Origin: Candidatus Omnitrophota bacterium
GTDB lineage: Bacteria > Omnitrophota > Gorgyraeia > Duberdicusellales > 4484-171
Length of the DNA stretch: 64,000 bases
Reading direction: 5' to 3'
Assembly (NCBI GenBank): GCA_043815185.1
Contig: JBDRJF010000002.1
Span: 9,828-73,827, forward strand
Below are positions 1 through 8,459 of this stretch, in pieces. The notes under the pieces were generated by a model. That model saw only the letters and a list, made by a program, of their open reading frames with translations, searched no databases and had not been told where the DNA came from. Numbering within the stretch: the stretch's first letter is position 1; the number at the start of each line of letters is the position of its first letter. Position numbers and translations under genes: made by a program.

Positions 1-1
1 G

Positions 2-970
2 GTAAAAAAAGACGCGAAAGTTGAGCAATTGCCACAACCTTTCTGGGATAGCTATGCGCGCAAAATTACGGATTATATTCTTAGCGTGTTTAAAAATAAC
101 CTCAGTGAGCAAGGATATAGGTTTATGTCCTCGGTATTGCTGGGCAGAAGGGAAGTACTAGGGGAGGAGAAACAAATACTCACAAATGCCGGAGTTGCCC
201 ATCTTTTAGCTTTAAGCGGGCTGCATCTGGGGCTTATATCTTTGTTCCTGTTTTTTACCTTAAGGCTTTTTTATCTGCCGTTTAAGCAATGCTTGGTAGT
301 TTCGGTTTTATTTCTTTTATTCTACACCTTTCTTACCGGGATGGCCTGGTCTACACTACGGGCAGCGCTGATGTACTCTTTTGTTGCGGTGGGTTTTTTT
401 CTGAAACGGAGAACAAATCTTTTAAACTCCTGGGGATTGGCAGGATTATGTACGCTTATTATTGATCCTTTGGCATTATTCGAAGCGGGATTTCAGTTAT
501 CCTACCTGGCGGTATTTGCTATCATTGTTTGGTTCAAAATGTTTCCGATTAAAGTTTTTGCGAATCGGTTTCTTAACTACGCTCAGGGTTTGTTTTTTTG
601 TTCTTTCTGCGTTACCCTTTTTCTTACCCCCTTGATTTCATACTATTTCGGACGGATATATCTTTTGAGCCTGTTTTATAATTTAGTGTTAATCCCGGTT
701 TTTGCCCTTATTTTAGCCATTGGTTTCCTTCTGGTTATTTTTTCAACTTTAGGGTTTGCTGCCCATTCTCTAGGCAGTATTCTTTCTTTAGGGATAGCGG
801 GATTCGTTTTCCTTTCGCGTCTATTAAGTTCGTTTCGACTTTCTTATTGGGAATATCGGTTTTCTTCTTATCTGGTAGGGGCTTATTATCTTTTGCTTGC
901 CGTTAGCCTTATTACTATCTGGCGGCATTTGGAATCAAAACGGATGATCGCTCAACGTGCCTATCAGTAG
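2..970 (+). CDS. comEC: ComEC/Rec2-family competence membrane protein, 5'-truncated by the window edge
   Basis: Polytopic membrane ORF with a ComEC competence-domain signature (HLLALSGLHLG). The frame stays open back to position 2, so the TTG at 29 is probably not the true start. No C-terminal metallo-beta-lactamase domain. Confidence 0.75.
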   Translation, partial: VKKDAKVEQLPQPFWDSYARKITDYILSVFKNNLSEQGYRFMSSVLLGRREVLGEEKQILTNAGVAHLLALSGLHLGLISLFLFFTLRLFYLPFKQCLVVSVLFLLFYTFLTGMAWSTLRAALMYSFVAVGFFLKRRTNLLNSWGLAGLCTLIIDPLALFEAGFQLSYLAVFAIIVWFKMFPIKVFANRFLNYAQGLFFCSFCVTLFLTPLISYYFGRIYLLSLFYNLVLIPVFALILAIGFLLVIFSTLGFAAHSLGSILSLGIAGFVFLSRLLSSFRLSYWEYRFSSYLVGAYYLLLAVSLITIWRHLESKRMIAQRAYQ

Positions 971-1043
971 AAACTTGCCGATTGTAGCTACCAGAAAGAC
1001 TAAAGTGCCTAAATTTTAAGTAAAAAAGGGTTTATTTAATGGT

Positions 1044-1072
1044 TTGACAAGAAAGAGGGCTTCTGATATAGT
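1044..1072 (+). promoter_or_regulatory. Sigma70-type promoter: TTGACA, 17 bp, TGaTATAGT
   Basis: TTGACA at 1044-1049, a 17-bp spacer ending in TGa, and TATAGT at 1067-1072. It lies 47 bp upstream of the GTG start at 1119. Confidence 0.45.
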
Positions 1073-1118
1073 TTTTTTCTATTATGTGCAAGCTAAACGA
1101 TAAAAAAGGAAGGTTGGG

Positions 1119-2384
1119 GTGAAGAAGTACATAATCCTTTTGATTTTGATCCTTTTTTCCGCTAAGGTTTATCCTTTCTGGATCTGGTCTCCTAAAACCC
1201 AAGAGTGGAAAAATCCTAAATATTCAGCTCTGGCTACCCCTTATCTTCAGTATAAACAGGCTCTAAAATTATTTGAAGAAGAAAAATTTAAAGAAGCTTA
1301 TCAGGAATTTAAAAAGCTTCTAGTCCATTATCCTGATGCCCGGGAAGCTGCTGAAGCTCAGTATTATCTGGCCAGATGTTTGGTGAAGTTTGATAAACAG
1401 TATGAAGCATTCTTAGAGTATCAAAAACTAATCGATTCTTACCCTAACAGCCAGCGTATAAATGAAGTAGTGGAGCGGGAATATAATATTGGAGAGTATT
1501 TTTTAAATCGGGAGCACAAAAAGTGGTTAGGATTATCGCTTTATGATTTTGTAGAGCATCCATCGATTGAAATATTTAGGAGTATCGTTAATAAGGTTCC
1601 CTACTCAGAATATGCTCCGCGGGCCCAATATAAATTGGGAATTATACTTATTCAATTGAGCCGTTATGAGGAAGCCCGGGAATCTTTCCAAAAAGTTATT
1701 GATAATTATTCAGATAGCGAGTGGGCTGCACCAGCAAAGTATCAGTTAGCTTTGGCCACATCGAAAGCATTCCCCGGTGCTGATTATGACTCATCTTACC
1801 TTTCGGAGGCAACAAGCAGGCTTGATGAATTTATCAAGGATCATCCTGAAGCTAAGATTTCTTCACAAGCCCAGGAACAACTTGCGGTATTAAGGAATAA
1901 AGAGGCAAGAAAATCATTTGATACAGGCCAATTTTATGAGAATCAGGATCAGTATAAGAGCAGTATAATTTATTATAAAAAGGTGGTCAATGATTACTCC
2001 GACAGCAGTTATTATGATCTTGCCGTAGAAAGGACCGAAGAACTTGAAGGGTTAATCACGGATAATATTACCAAAGGTGATTTAGAAAGAAGAGATAAAG
2101 AAGAGGCAGTTACTGCCAAGCGGGCAGAGAAGACAAGATTAAAGGAAGAAAAAATACAACAACAGCAAGCCCGTAAAGACCAGAAGCTTGTGGGTAAGCA
2201 GGAGATCCGGGCTAAAAAGTTAAAAAGAAAAGAAGAGAAGATCAAGGCCAAGCAAGAACGGGTAAGCAGAAAGCAAGAACTTAAGGAACAGAGGCGGCAG
2301 GAGAAAATAAGACTAAGAGAGGAAAAGCTACGGAAGAAGCAGGAATTAAGAGAGAGGAAGAGAAAGAAATTTTGGTTTTGGTAA
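1119..2384 (+). CDS. BamD/YfiO-like TPR envelope protein with a long Lys/Glu/Arg-rich C-terminal tail
   Basis: Signal peptide followed by repeated YP(D/N)S..A..A.Y.LA TPR-like units typical of the BamD/YbgF family. The last ~100 aa are a charged low-complexity tail ending in FWFW. There is no lipobox Cys. Confidence 0.5.
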   Translation: MKKYIILLILILFSAKVYPFWIWSPKTQEWKNPKYSALATPYLQYKQALKLFEEEKFKEAYQEFKKLLVHYPDAREAAEAQYYLARCLVKFDKQYEAFLEYQKLIDSYPNSQRINEVVEREYNIGEYFLNREHKKWLGLSLYDFVEHPSIEIFRSIVNKVPYSEYAPRAQYKLGIILIQLSRYEEARESFQKVIDNYSDSEWAAPAKYQLALATSKAFPGADYDSSYLSEATSRLDEFIKDHPEAKISSQAQEQLAVLRNKEARKSFDTGQFYENQDQYKSSIIYYKKVVNDYSDSSYYDLAVERTEELEGLITDNITKGDLERRDKEEAVTAKRAEKTRLKEEKIQQQQARKDQKLVGKQEIRAKKLKRKEEKIKAKQERVSRKQELKEQRRQEKIRLREEKLRKKQELRERKRKKFWFW

Positions 2385-2420
2385 TTAATTTAGAATAGGT
2401 TACGAACAATGGAGGAGGCG

Positions 2421-2939
2421 ATGAGGACTTTTTTAGTTTTATTAGTTATTTTTGTAAGTAGTTGTGGGTACACTACCCGGGGCTTTATTTATCCTGAAAG
2501 CAGCATAATAATCAAGCCGGTGGTTAATAAGATCGATATAACTGCTGAGAGCAGGAAGTACTCAGATTATGTGAGTTTTCCTATTCTAATCGAGAATAAA
2601 CTGACCAATGAACTGGTCAGCAAGTTTAATAGCGAAGGAAACCTTAAGGTAGTGAGCCAGGACCCCAAGGCCCTACAACTTACCTGTGCTGTTGAAGGTT
2701 ACGACCGTGAAACATTACGTTATACTGAAAGCGATGCAGTGAGTGAACAACGGCTGCGCCTAAGAGTTCATATGAAGCTCACCTCTGGTGACGGAAAAGT
2801 ATTGCAGGATAAGGTGGTTTTAGGGGAGACTACTTATTATCTTACCGGGGCCAATCAAAAGAGTGAGAGTGCCGCTCAACTGGATTTAATAGATGATACA
2901 GCAAGAAGAATATCTGAGGCTGTTACAGAAGAATGGTAA
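2421..2939 (+). CDS. lptE: LptE-like LPS-assembly lipoprotein
   Basis: Lipoprotein signal with lipobox (LVIFVSSCGYTTRG, resembling the LptE CG(F/Y)xLRG start). Its position immediately upstream of holA matches the classic lptE-holA synteny. The ORF track starts at 2409, but the ATG at 2421 follows a GGAGGAGG Shine-Dalgarno (SD) sequence. Confidence 0.55.
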   Translation: MRTFLVLLVIFVSSCGYTTRGFIYPESSIIIKPVVNKIDITAESRKYSDYVSFPILIENKLTNELVSKFNSEGNLKVVSQDPKALQLTCAVEGYDRETLRYTESDAVSEQRLRLRVHMKLTSGDGKVLQDKVVLGETTYYLTGANQKSESAAQLDLIDDTARRISEAVTEEW

Positions 2940-3625
2940 ACATCAGAGAAAGAGTTTTTTTAATCTCAGGAACTGATTTTTTGCAACGTCAGCACGCGGT
3001 AAAGAATATAAAAGAAAGGATTCTAAAAGGAAAACATACCTCTCTTGATACGATTATTTTTTACGGCAAAGAGGCAAAATTAGAAGATTTAGCCGAAAAA
3101 CTTCTTACTGCATCTTTTGAAAAAATTAAAATAGCAGTTTTTAAAAACTCACAGGACTTATCTCCAGCAATAAGAACTTTCCTTTTTAAGAATTTAAATA
3201 AAATATCATCAGCTAATTATCTCATTTTTGAAACTGATAAAGATTATTATCAATTCCAGAGTGATAAAAAGTTTTCCGCTGATAAGCTCTTTAGTTTTAT
3301 TTTAAAAAAAGCAGCTGTATTCAGGATTTCATCAACCAGAGAAAAGAATACCATCGAAGATTTTATGGCTAGTGTAAGGAGAAATGATTTGGCAACTTCG
3401 GTATATATTCTGGAAAAGCTATTTAAGGAGAGTTCTAAAAGTAAGCTATTGGGTCCGCAGATTATCGGAATTCTAGTTCAAAAGTTATCTTACCTGAGGA
3501 GTCCTAGCGAGAAAGAGAGATGTTTCCAATGCCTCTGGGAAGCAGACCGGGCAATAAAGGAGAAGGGGTTAGATCCTCGCTTGATTATTGAAACTCTTCT
3601 GGCCAAAGTTCTTAAGCCGCACTGA
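2933..3625 (+). CDS. holA: DNA polymerase III delta subunit (HolA)-like, short form
   Basis: The N-terminus (VFLISGTDFLQRQHAVKNIKERIL) resembles the HolA start. Synteny after lptE supports the call. At 230 aa it is shorter than typical HolA. Confidence 0.5.
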   Translation: MVNIRERVFLISGTDFLQRQHAVKNIKERILKGKHTSLDTIIFYGKEAKLEDLAEKLLTASFEKIKIAVFKNSQDLSPAIRTFLFKNLNKISSANYLIFETDKDYYQFQSDKKFSADKLFSFILKKAAVFRISSTREKNTIEDFMASVRRNDLATSVYILEKLFKESSKSKLLGPQIIGILVQKLSYLRSPSEKERCFQCLWEADRAIKEKGLDPRLIIETLLAKVLKPH

Positions 3626-3694
3626 AGGATATTGCCTCAAGAGTTGTAGAGGAATTCTATTCATTGGTAATTCAAGATTCGGTTCGGATGAGAT

Positions 3695-3973
3695 TTATAC
3701 AGATGGTTTGGCAGTACTTTTTTTTAACAGTTTAGCCAGGCGATTTTTTTTCCTAGCTGCTTTATTTCGATGGATTATATTTTTAGTTGCAGCTTTATCG
3801 AGAACCTTATATACATCGGTCAAAGCCTTTTGCTTAGCTGAAGTATCAGTAGAGTCTAAAACCTTTTTTAGTTTTTTTATCGCAGTTTTTATGGTCTGCT
3901 TTACCCGTAAATTTTTTTGTTTTCTTTTTTTGGTTTGCCTTAAGGCTTTTTTCGCGGTTCTTCTTTGAGGCAT
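3695..3973 (-). CDS. rpsT: 30S ribosomal protein S20
   Basis: MPQRRTAKKALRQTKKRKQKNLRVKQ... is a typical S20 sequence. GGAGGAAAT SD upstream. Divergent from murJ, as in many bacteria. Confidence 0.9.
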   Translation of the reverse strand: MPQRRTAKKALRQTKKRKQKNLRVKQTIKTAIKKLKKVLDSTDTSAKQKALTDVYKVLDKAATKNIIHRNKAARKKNRLAKLLKKSTAKPSV

Positions 3974-4018
3974 ATTTCCTCCTTGTTTTAGGGATGATTG
4001 TATAGAAATACCATAATA

Positions 4019-5581
4019 ATGTCAAGCCTTTTTTTTAATAAGATTAGCTTTAAGAAAGTTATAAAGAACACTTATATATTAGGGGCAGGTACACTTACTT
4101 CCCGGATATTGGGGTTTATTCGGGATATATTGGTAGCTAACTTATTTGGTACTTCCGGAATATTAGAGGCATTTATCGTATCTTTTCGTTTACCCAATAT
4201 ATTCAGGAGTGTGTTCGCCGAAGGCTTTTCTGACTCCGTAGCCACTCCGGTTCTCTCTGAACATCAGGCTGATAAAAATAAGATATTTGAAATCGGAAAT
4301 TGCCTACTTTCTTTTTTCGTTGTTGTTCTTTTCGTTTCCACCATCTTAGGCATTATTTTCGCGAAATACTTAGTTATTCTTATTGCCCCCGGCTTTATCG
4401 CCGATAGTTTTAAATTCAATTTAGCTGTATCTTTCACCCGGATAACCTTTATTTATCTTTTTCTGATTGGCCTCTCAGCCAATATTATTTCTATTCTCTA
4501 TTCTTTAAAAAAGTTCTTTGTTCCAGCCGTCAACCCGGTTTTCTTAAATATTTCTTTTATTATTGGGATAGTATTCTTTGGGCAACATTTCAAAGGTTAT
4601 GTTCTGATAGCCTGCGTTTTAATGGCTGGGATAGCCCAGCTAATTTTTCCTTTTATTTTTTTAAAGAGAGAGGGTTTTAGCCTAAAATTTAATTTCTTTA
4701 AGTCTTTAAGGGAAAGTGAAGTCATTAGGATGTTAAAATTGTTCATTCCGCGCATTTGGTCTAGTATTATTTACCATTTAAGTGTTTTTGTCGATACTAT
4801 ATTTTCTTCTCTTGTCTCAATAGTCGGCCAGGGAGCTTTAGCCTCAGTCTATTATGCTAATAGGTTGATTCAATTCCCCTTTGCTCTCATTGCCCTTTCT
4901 ATATCCCGGGTTGCAATTGTCGATTTGTCCTCATACCATCGTCAGGGTAATATGGATGATTTTAAAAAGCTTTTTGTGTTTTCCTTTCAGAATATTATTT
5001 TCTTCATCATCCCCCTTGCCAGTATCTTTATTTTTAACTCCCAGGACATAATCGATGTTATCTTTACCCGGGGTAAGTTTGGCATCGATTCTTTAAAAAT
5101 GACTGCTTCAGTTTTTTTCTTCTATTCTTTTGGCTTATTCTTTTTCTGCGGTATCAAACTATTAGTCAATTCTTTTTATGCCTTGAAAGATACAACCCTT
5201 CCGGCGAAGATGGCAGCTATTTCTTTAATTATAAATGTTATCTTAAGCGCTATTTTGATGTTCCCCTTAAAAATCGGCGGTGTAGCTTTAGGCAGTAGTT
5301 TGGCGGCAGCTTTTAATTTTTCCTTTCTTTATTACTACCTAATAAGGAGAGTGGGCAAGATAGACTGGCAGGATACTAGACTTCAATTCTTAAAAGTCCT
5401 CGCCTTAAGCATAGTAATGGGAATTGCTGCGCGTTTACTTCTAAGTTCTCTTTCTTTTAATAAGTATTTTAACTCATTGATTACTTTAGTGTCTCTATTG
5501 TTGATATTTATTACCGGCGGGTATATTCTTGGCCTGAAGCAAATTAACTTTTTAATAAGATGGGTATCAGAGAGAAAATAA
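4019..5581 (+). CDS. murJ: Lipid II flippase MurJ (MviN)
   Basis: About 14-TM protein with the MurJ N-terminal signature (TLTSRILGFIRDILVANLFG). The ATG at 4019 is preferred over the TTG at 3998 in the ORF track. Confidence 0.85.
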   Translation: MSSLFFNKISFKKVIKNTYILGAGTLTSRILGFIRDILVANLFGTSGILEAFIVSFRLPNIFRSVFAEGFSDSVATPVLSEHQADKNKIFEIGNCLLSFFVVVLFVSTILGIIFAKYLVILIAPGFIADSFKFNLAVSFTRITFIYLFLIGLSANIISILYSLKKFFVPAVNPVFLNISFIIGIVFFGQHFKGYVLIACVLMAGIAQLIFPFIFLKREGFSLKFNFFKSLRESEVIRMLKLFIPRIWSSIIYHLSVFVDTIFSSLVSIVGQGALASVYYANRLIQFPFALIALSISRVAIVDLSSYHRQGNMDDFKKLFVFSFQNIIFFIIPLASIFIFNSQDIIDVIFTRGKFGIDSLKMTASVFFFYSFGLFFFCGIKLLVNSFYALKDTTLPAKMAAISLIINVILSAILMFPLKIGGVALGSSLAAAFNFSFLYYYLIRRVGKIDWQDTRLQFLKVLALSIVMGIAARLLLSSLSFNKYFNSLITLVSLLLIFITGGYILGLKQINFLIRWVSERK

Positions 5582-6789
5582 GAAAGTTACCCCAGGGTTC
5601 GGGAGTTTATATTATGAAATCAAAAGCGGGAAAGGTTTTCTATGTGGGTAAGGCTTCTTCTTTACGAAAGAGAGTCAGCACTTACTTCTTAAGAAGCCGT
5701 GATCCCAAAACCGACAGTCTTATTAAGAATATAGTCGATATTGATTATATCGAGTGTGATACACCGGAACAAGCTTTGGTTTTAGAGGCTGCTTTAATCA
5801 AGGAAAAAAAACCAAAATACAATGTCGCTCTGCGGGATAATAAAAGCTATCCTTACGTTGTAGTAACGAAAGACAAGTTTTCCCGGATTTTCATCTCAAG
5901 GCCTAAAGGGAAGATTAAGGGGTTTGTTTTTGGCCCCTACACTCAGGCAAAAACCTTAAAGTCCGCCTTGGCTTTAATGCGGAAAATTTTTCCTTATCGT
6001 TCCTGCAGGAAGATGTCAAAGAGTGCTTGTTTATTTTTTCATCTTAAGCTTTGTCCGGCCCCCTGTCTGAGAAAGATATCGTTGAGGGATTATAGAGCTG
6101 GTATGAGAAGCATTTGTAAAATCCTAAACGGAGAAAGAAGGGAACTAGCCAAGGAGTTAACCGTTAAGATGAAAAAGCTAGCAGCGGGGAAAAAATTTGA
6201 AGAAGCTGCTTCCCTGAGAGATAAACTATCAGCTATTGATAATCTTTACCAAGGCAAACCTAGAGCTCATGAGATTATTGCTTTAAAAGAGGCATTAGGT
6301 TTAACGCATCTTCCTTTGTACATAGAGGCTATAGATATTTCTTCTTTAGGAAAATCTGATTCCGTAGGTTCGGTAGTAGCTTTTAAGGATGGGGTTCCCG
6401 ACAAGAGCAATTACCGTCGTTTCCGGATAAAGACAGCAAACAAAAGAGATGACTATGGCATGATTACTGAAGTAGTAAGAAGAAGATATTCGCGGTTAAT
6501 ACGGGAGAAGCGGACTTTACCAGACTTAATAATTATTGATGGCGGGAAAGGCCATCTTCTGCGAGCCCATAAGGAATTGGCAATCTTGGAAATATCTCTT
6601 CCTCTTATTAGTATCGCCAAAAGGAATGAGGAGATTTGGATGCCTCCGGCTCAGACTCCGTTACCGATTGCCCGAGATAATCCCGGTCTCTATTTGATTC
6701 AAAGGGTAAGGGATGAGGCCCATAGATTTGCCCATACTTACGGGTTCCTGCGTCGCAAGAAGAGAACGTTATCAGAGGACAGAGGATAG
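5560..6789 (+). CDS. uvrC: Excinuclease ABC subunit C, minimal form lacking the C-terminal (HhH)2 domain
   Basis: Contains a GIY-YIG domain (GVYIMKSKAGKVFYVGKASSLRKRV), a UVR motif (KKFEEAASLRDKLSAI) and an RNase H-like endonuclease domain (IEAIDISS..., DLIIIDGGKGHL, RDEAHRFA). The ORF stops exactly where the HhH domain normally begins. Confidence 0.8.
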   Translation: MGIREKIRKLPQGSGVYIMKSKAGKVFYVGKASSLRKRVSTYFLRSRDPKTDSLIKNIVDIDYIECDTPEQALVLEAALIKEKKPKYNVALRDNKSYPYVVVTKDKFSRIFISRPKGKIKGFVFGPYTQAKTLKSALALMRKIFPYRSCRKMSKSACLFFHLKLCPAPCLRKISLRDYRAGMRSICKILNGERRELAKELTVKMKKLAAGKKFEEAASLRDKLSAIDNLYQGKPRAHEIIALKEALGLTHLPLYIEAIDISSLGKSDSVGSVVAFKDGVPDKSNYRRFRIKTANKRDDYGMITEVVRRRYSRLIREKRTLPDLIIIDGGKGHLLRAHKELAILEISLPLISIAKRNEEIWMPPAQTPLPIARDNPGLYLIQRVRDEAHRFAHTYGFLRRKKRTLSEDRG

Positions 6790-6815
6790 AAGACAGAGGA
6801 CAGAGGATAGAAGAC
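6774..6815. repeat. Perfect 21-bp tandem duplication (AGAGGACAGAGGATAGAAGAC x2) spanning the uvrC stop codon
   Basis: 6774-6794 and 6795-6815 are identical by direct reading. The uvrC TAG (6787-6789) lies in copy 1. The repeat forms the purine-rich arm of a long imperfect inverted repeat with 6816-6860. Confidence 0.9.
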
Positions 6816-6867
6816 AGATTTTTCTGACAGCTGACTTCTGTTTTCTGACTTCTGATATCTGAACAAG

Positions 6868-7137
6868 ATGACTGATTTTGAGAAAAAAGTTTTAAAAACA
6901 GTTTCAAGGATTCCCTTAGGCCGGGTACGCAGCTATAAATGGGTGGCAAAAAAGGTTGGCCGGCCCCGTGCCTGCAGGGCAGTGGCGAATACCTTGGCCA
7001 AGAATCCATACCCGCTGTTTATTCCCTGCCATCGGGTGGTAAAAACCTCTAAAGAATTAGGAGGTTATTCTTTGGGCCAGGATATAAAGCAAGAATTAAT
7101 AAATTTAGAGAAAAAAATAAGAGATATGATAAAATAA
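6868..7137 (+). CDS. ogt: Methylated-DNA-protein-cysteine methyltransferase, catalytic/DNA-binding domain only (89 aa)
   Basis: Active-site PCHRVV motif with the Cys retained, so it is not an ATL (alkyltransferase-like, Cys-less) protein. The helix-turn-helix region SYKWVAKKVGRPRACRAVANTLAKNP is present. Confidence 0.8.
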   Translation: MTDFEKKVLKTVSRIPLGRVRSYKWVAKKVGRPRACRAVANTLAKNPYPLFIPCHRVVKTSKELGGYSLGQDIKQELINLEKKIRDMIK

Positions 7138-7191
7138 AAAGACAGCCTATAACGAAAGAGCAGTAGGATGTCTTGATTGCATAGATTTTAA

Positions 7192-7226
7192 AGAGATTAC
7201 GGAGATTGATAATCGTTGTAATCTCT
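7192..7226. other. Inverted repeat/hairpin in the ogt-pilT spacer
   Basis: AGAGATTAC (7192-7200) is complementary to GTAATCTCT (7218-7226), with an inner GATT/AATC stem. There is no U-tract, so function as a terminator is unproven. Confidence 0.3.
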
Positions 7227-7314
7227 GAATAATCACAGTAATCAGGTATAATCCAGCTTAGGCAACAGCCTACCCTGTGAGGTTATAGCTGATGATTATA
7301 CCAGGAGGTAAACG

Positions 7315-8385
7315 ATGACTTTTAGTGAAATTATTGACCTAATGATTAAAAAAGATATATCCGATATGTTTATAAGGTCTAACGGAAACCTCAAGGGAAG
7401 AGTTTATACTAAAATAGAGACGTTTGATAAGGAACTCCTGACTGCGGAGAATGTTGAAAAAATTGTCAAGGAAATAACCCGTCCCGGCGATAAAGAGAAG
7501 TTAAAAACCGAAAAAGGCTGCGAATTTACCTACTGGTATAAAGATTTTTGGCGTTTTCGAGTCGGTATATTTTACCAGAGGGGGACTTTAAGCTTAGTAG
7601 TAAGAAAAATTGATTTACGTATTCCTTCTTTCAAGGAGCTTAACCTTCCCGCGGAGCTATTAGAGAAGTTTTGCCGGGAGAGGAGAGGGATAGTATTCCT
7701 TACCGGAATAGCCGGGAGCGGAAAATCTACAACCATTGCCAGTATGTTGCAGTATATCAATAGCAATTTTGGCCGGCATATTTTTACCATTGAGGAGCCT
7801 ATCGAATTTACCTTTGAAGATAATAAGTCAGTGTTCAATCAACGTGAAATCGGCATAGATGTTTCCAGCTATAGAGATGCCTTAAAGCAATTTGCTTTGC
7901 ATTCTCCGGATGTTATTTATATCGGAAATATCCGCGACGCCGAAACCTGTCATGCAGCTTTAACTGTTGCCCAAACAGGAGTTCTTGTTTTTTCTACCCT
8001 GCATACGGTAAATGCAGCTTCAGCAGTAGAGAGGATCGTGAATTTTTTCCCGTCTGATCAACATAATTTTATCCTCAGTCAGCTTTCATTCCTGCTTAAG
8101 GGGATATTTTCGCAAAGATTGCTTCCCCGTAGCGATAAGCCAGGACTTATTCCTGCCTATGAATCAATGGTATTAAGCCCTTCGATATCTCGCCTTATAA
8201 GGGAGAATAAGCTTTGGGAAATTCCAAAGTATATTGATTCCGGAGACATTTATGGAATGGGAAGTTTCCAGCAATCTTTGTTAAGGCTCGTAAAGTCAGG
8301 CAGAATCACTTCTGAGGTTGCTCTGGAGTATGCTGATAAGAAGGAGGAGTTAGCCATGGAGTTGCGTGGCAAGGGAATACTCTAG
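7315..8385 (+). CDS. pilT: Type IV pilus retraction ATPase PilT family
   Basis: 356 aa with Walker A GIAGSGKSTT and the size and layout of the PilT/PilU family. AGGAGG SD upstream. Confidence 0.8.
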   Translation: MTFSEIIDLMIKKDISDMFIRSNGNLKGRVYTKIETFDKELLTAENVEKIVKEITRPGDKEKLKTEKGCEFTYWYKDFWRFRVGIFYQRGTLSLVVRKIDLRIPSFKELNLPAELLEKFCRERRGIVFLTGIAGSGKSTTIASMLQYINSNFGRHIFTIEEPIEFTFEDNKSVFNQREIGIDVSSYRDALKQFALHSPDVIYIGNIRDAETCHAALTVAQTGVLVFSTLHTVNAASAVERIVNFFPSDQHNFILSQLSFLLKGIFSQRLLPRSDKPGLIPAYESMVLSPSISRLIRENKLWEIPKYIDSGDIYGMGSFQQSLLRLVKSGRITSEVALEYADKKEELAMELRGKGIL

Positions 8386-8459
8386 ACCAGAAATTAAGTA
8401 TTTTCAATCGACACAACAACCCAAGAAATCCAGGGTTTACCAGAGAGCTTAAAGGAAAT

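Noticed and set aside
3588-3968. 126-aa + strand ORF rich in Phe/Leu
   Set aside because: It is exactly antisense to rpsT (3695-3973). The Phe/Leu-rich low-complexity sequence is the mirror of the Lys-rich S20 codons. It has no SD and no recognisable family.
6774-6860. Tandem repeats as a possible mini CRISPR array
   Set aside because: There are only two directly abutting 21-bp copies with no spacers, they overlap a coding end, and no cas genes are in the window.
6608-7009. 133-aa minus-strand ORF spanning the uvrC end, the repeat and the ogt start
   Set aside because: It overlaps two well-supported + strand genes. Its internal [14 protein letters not shown] merely translates the 21-bp tandem repeat. 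It is treated as spurious.
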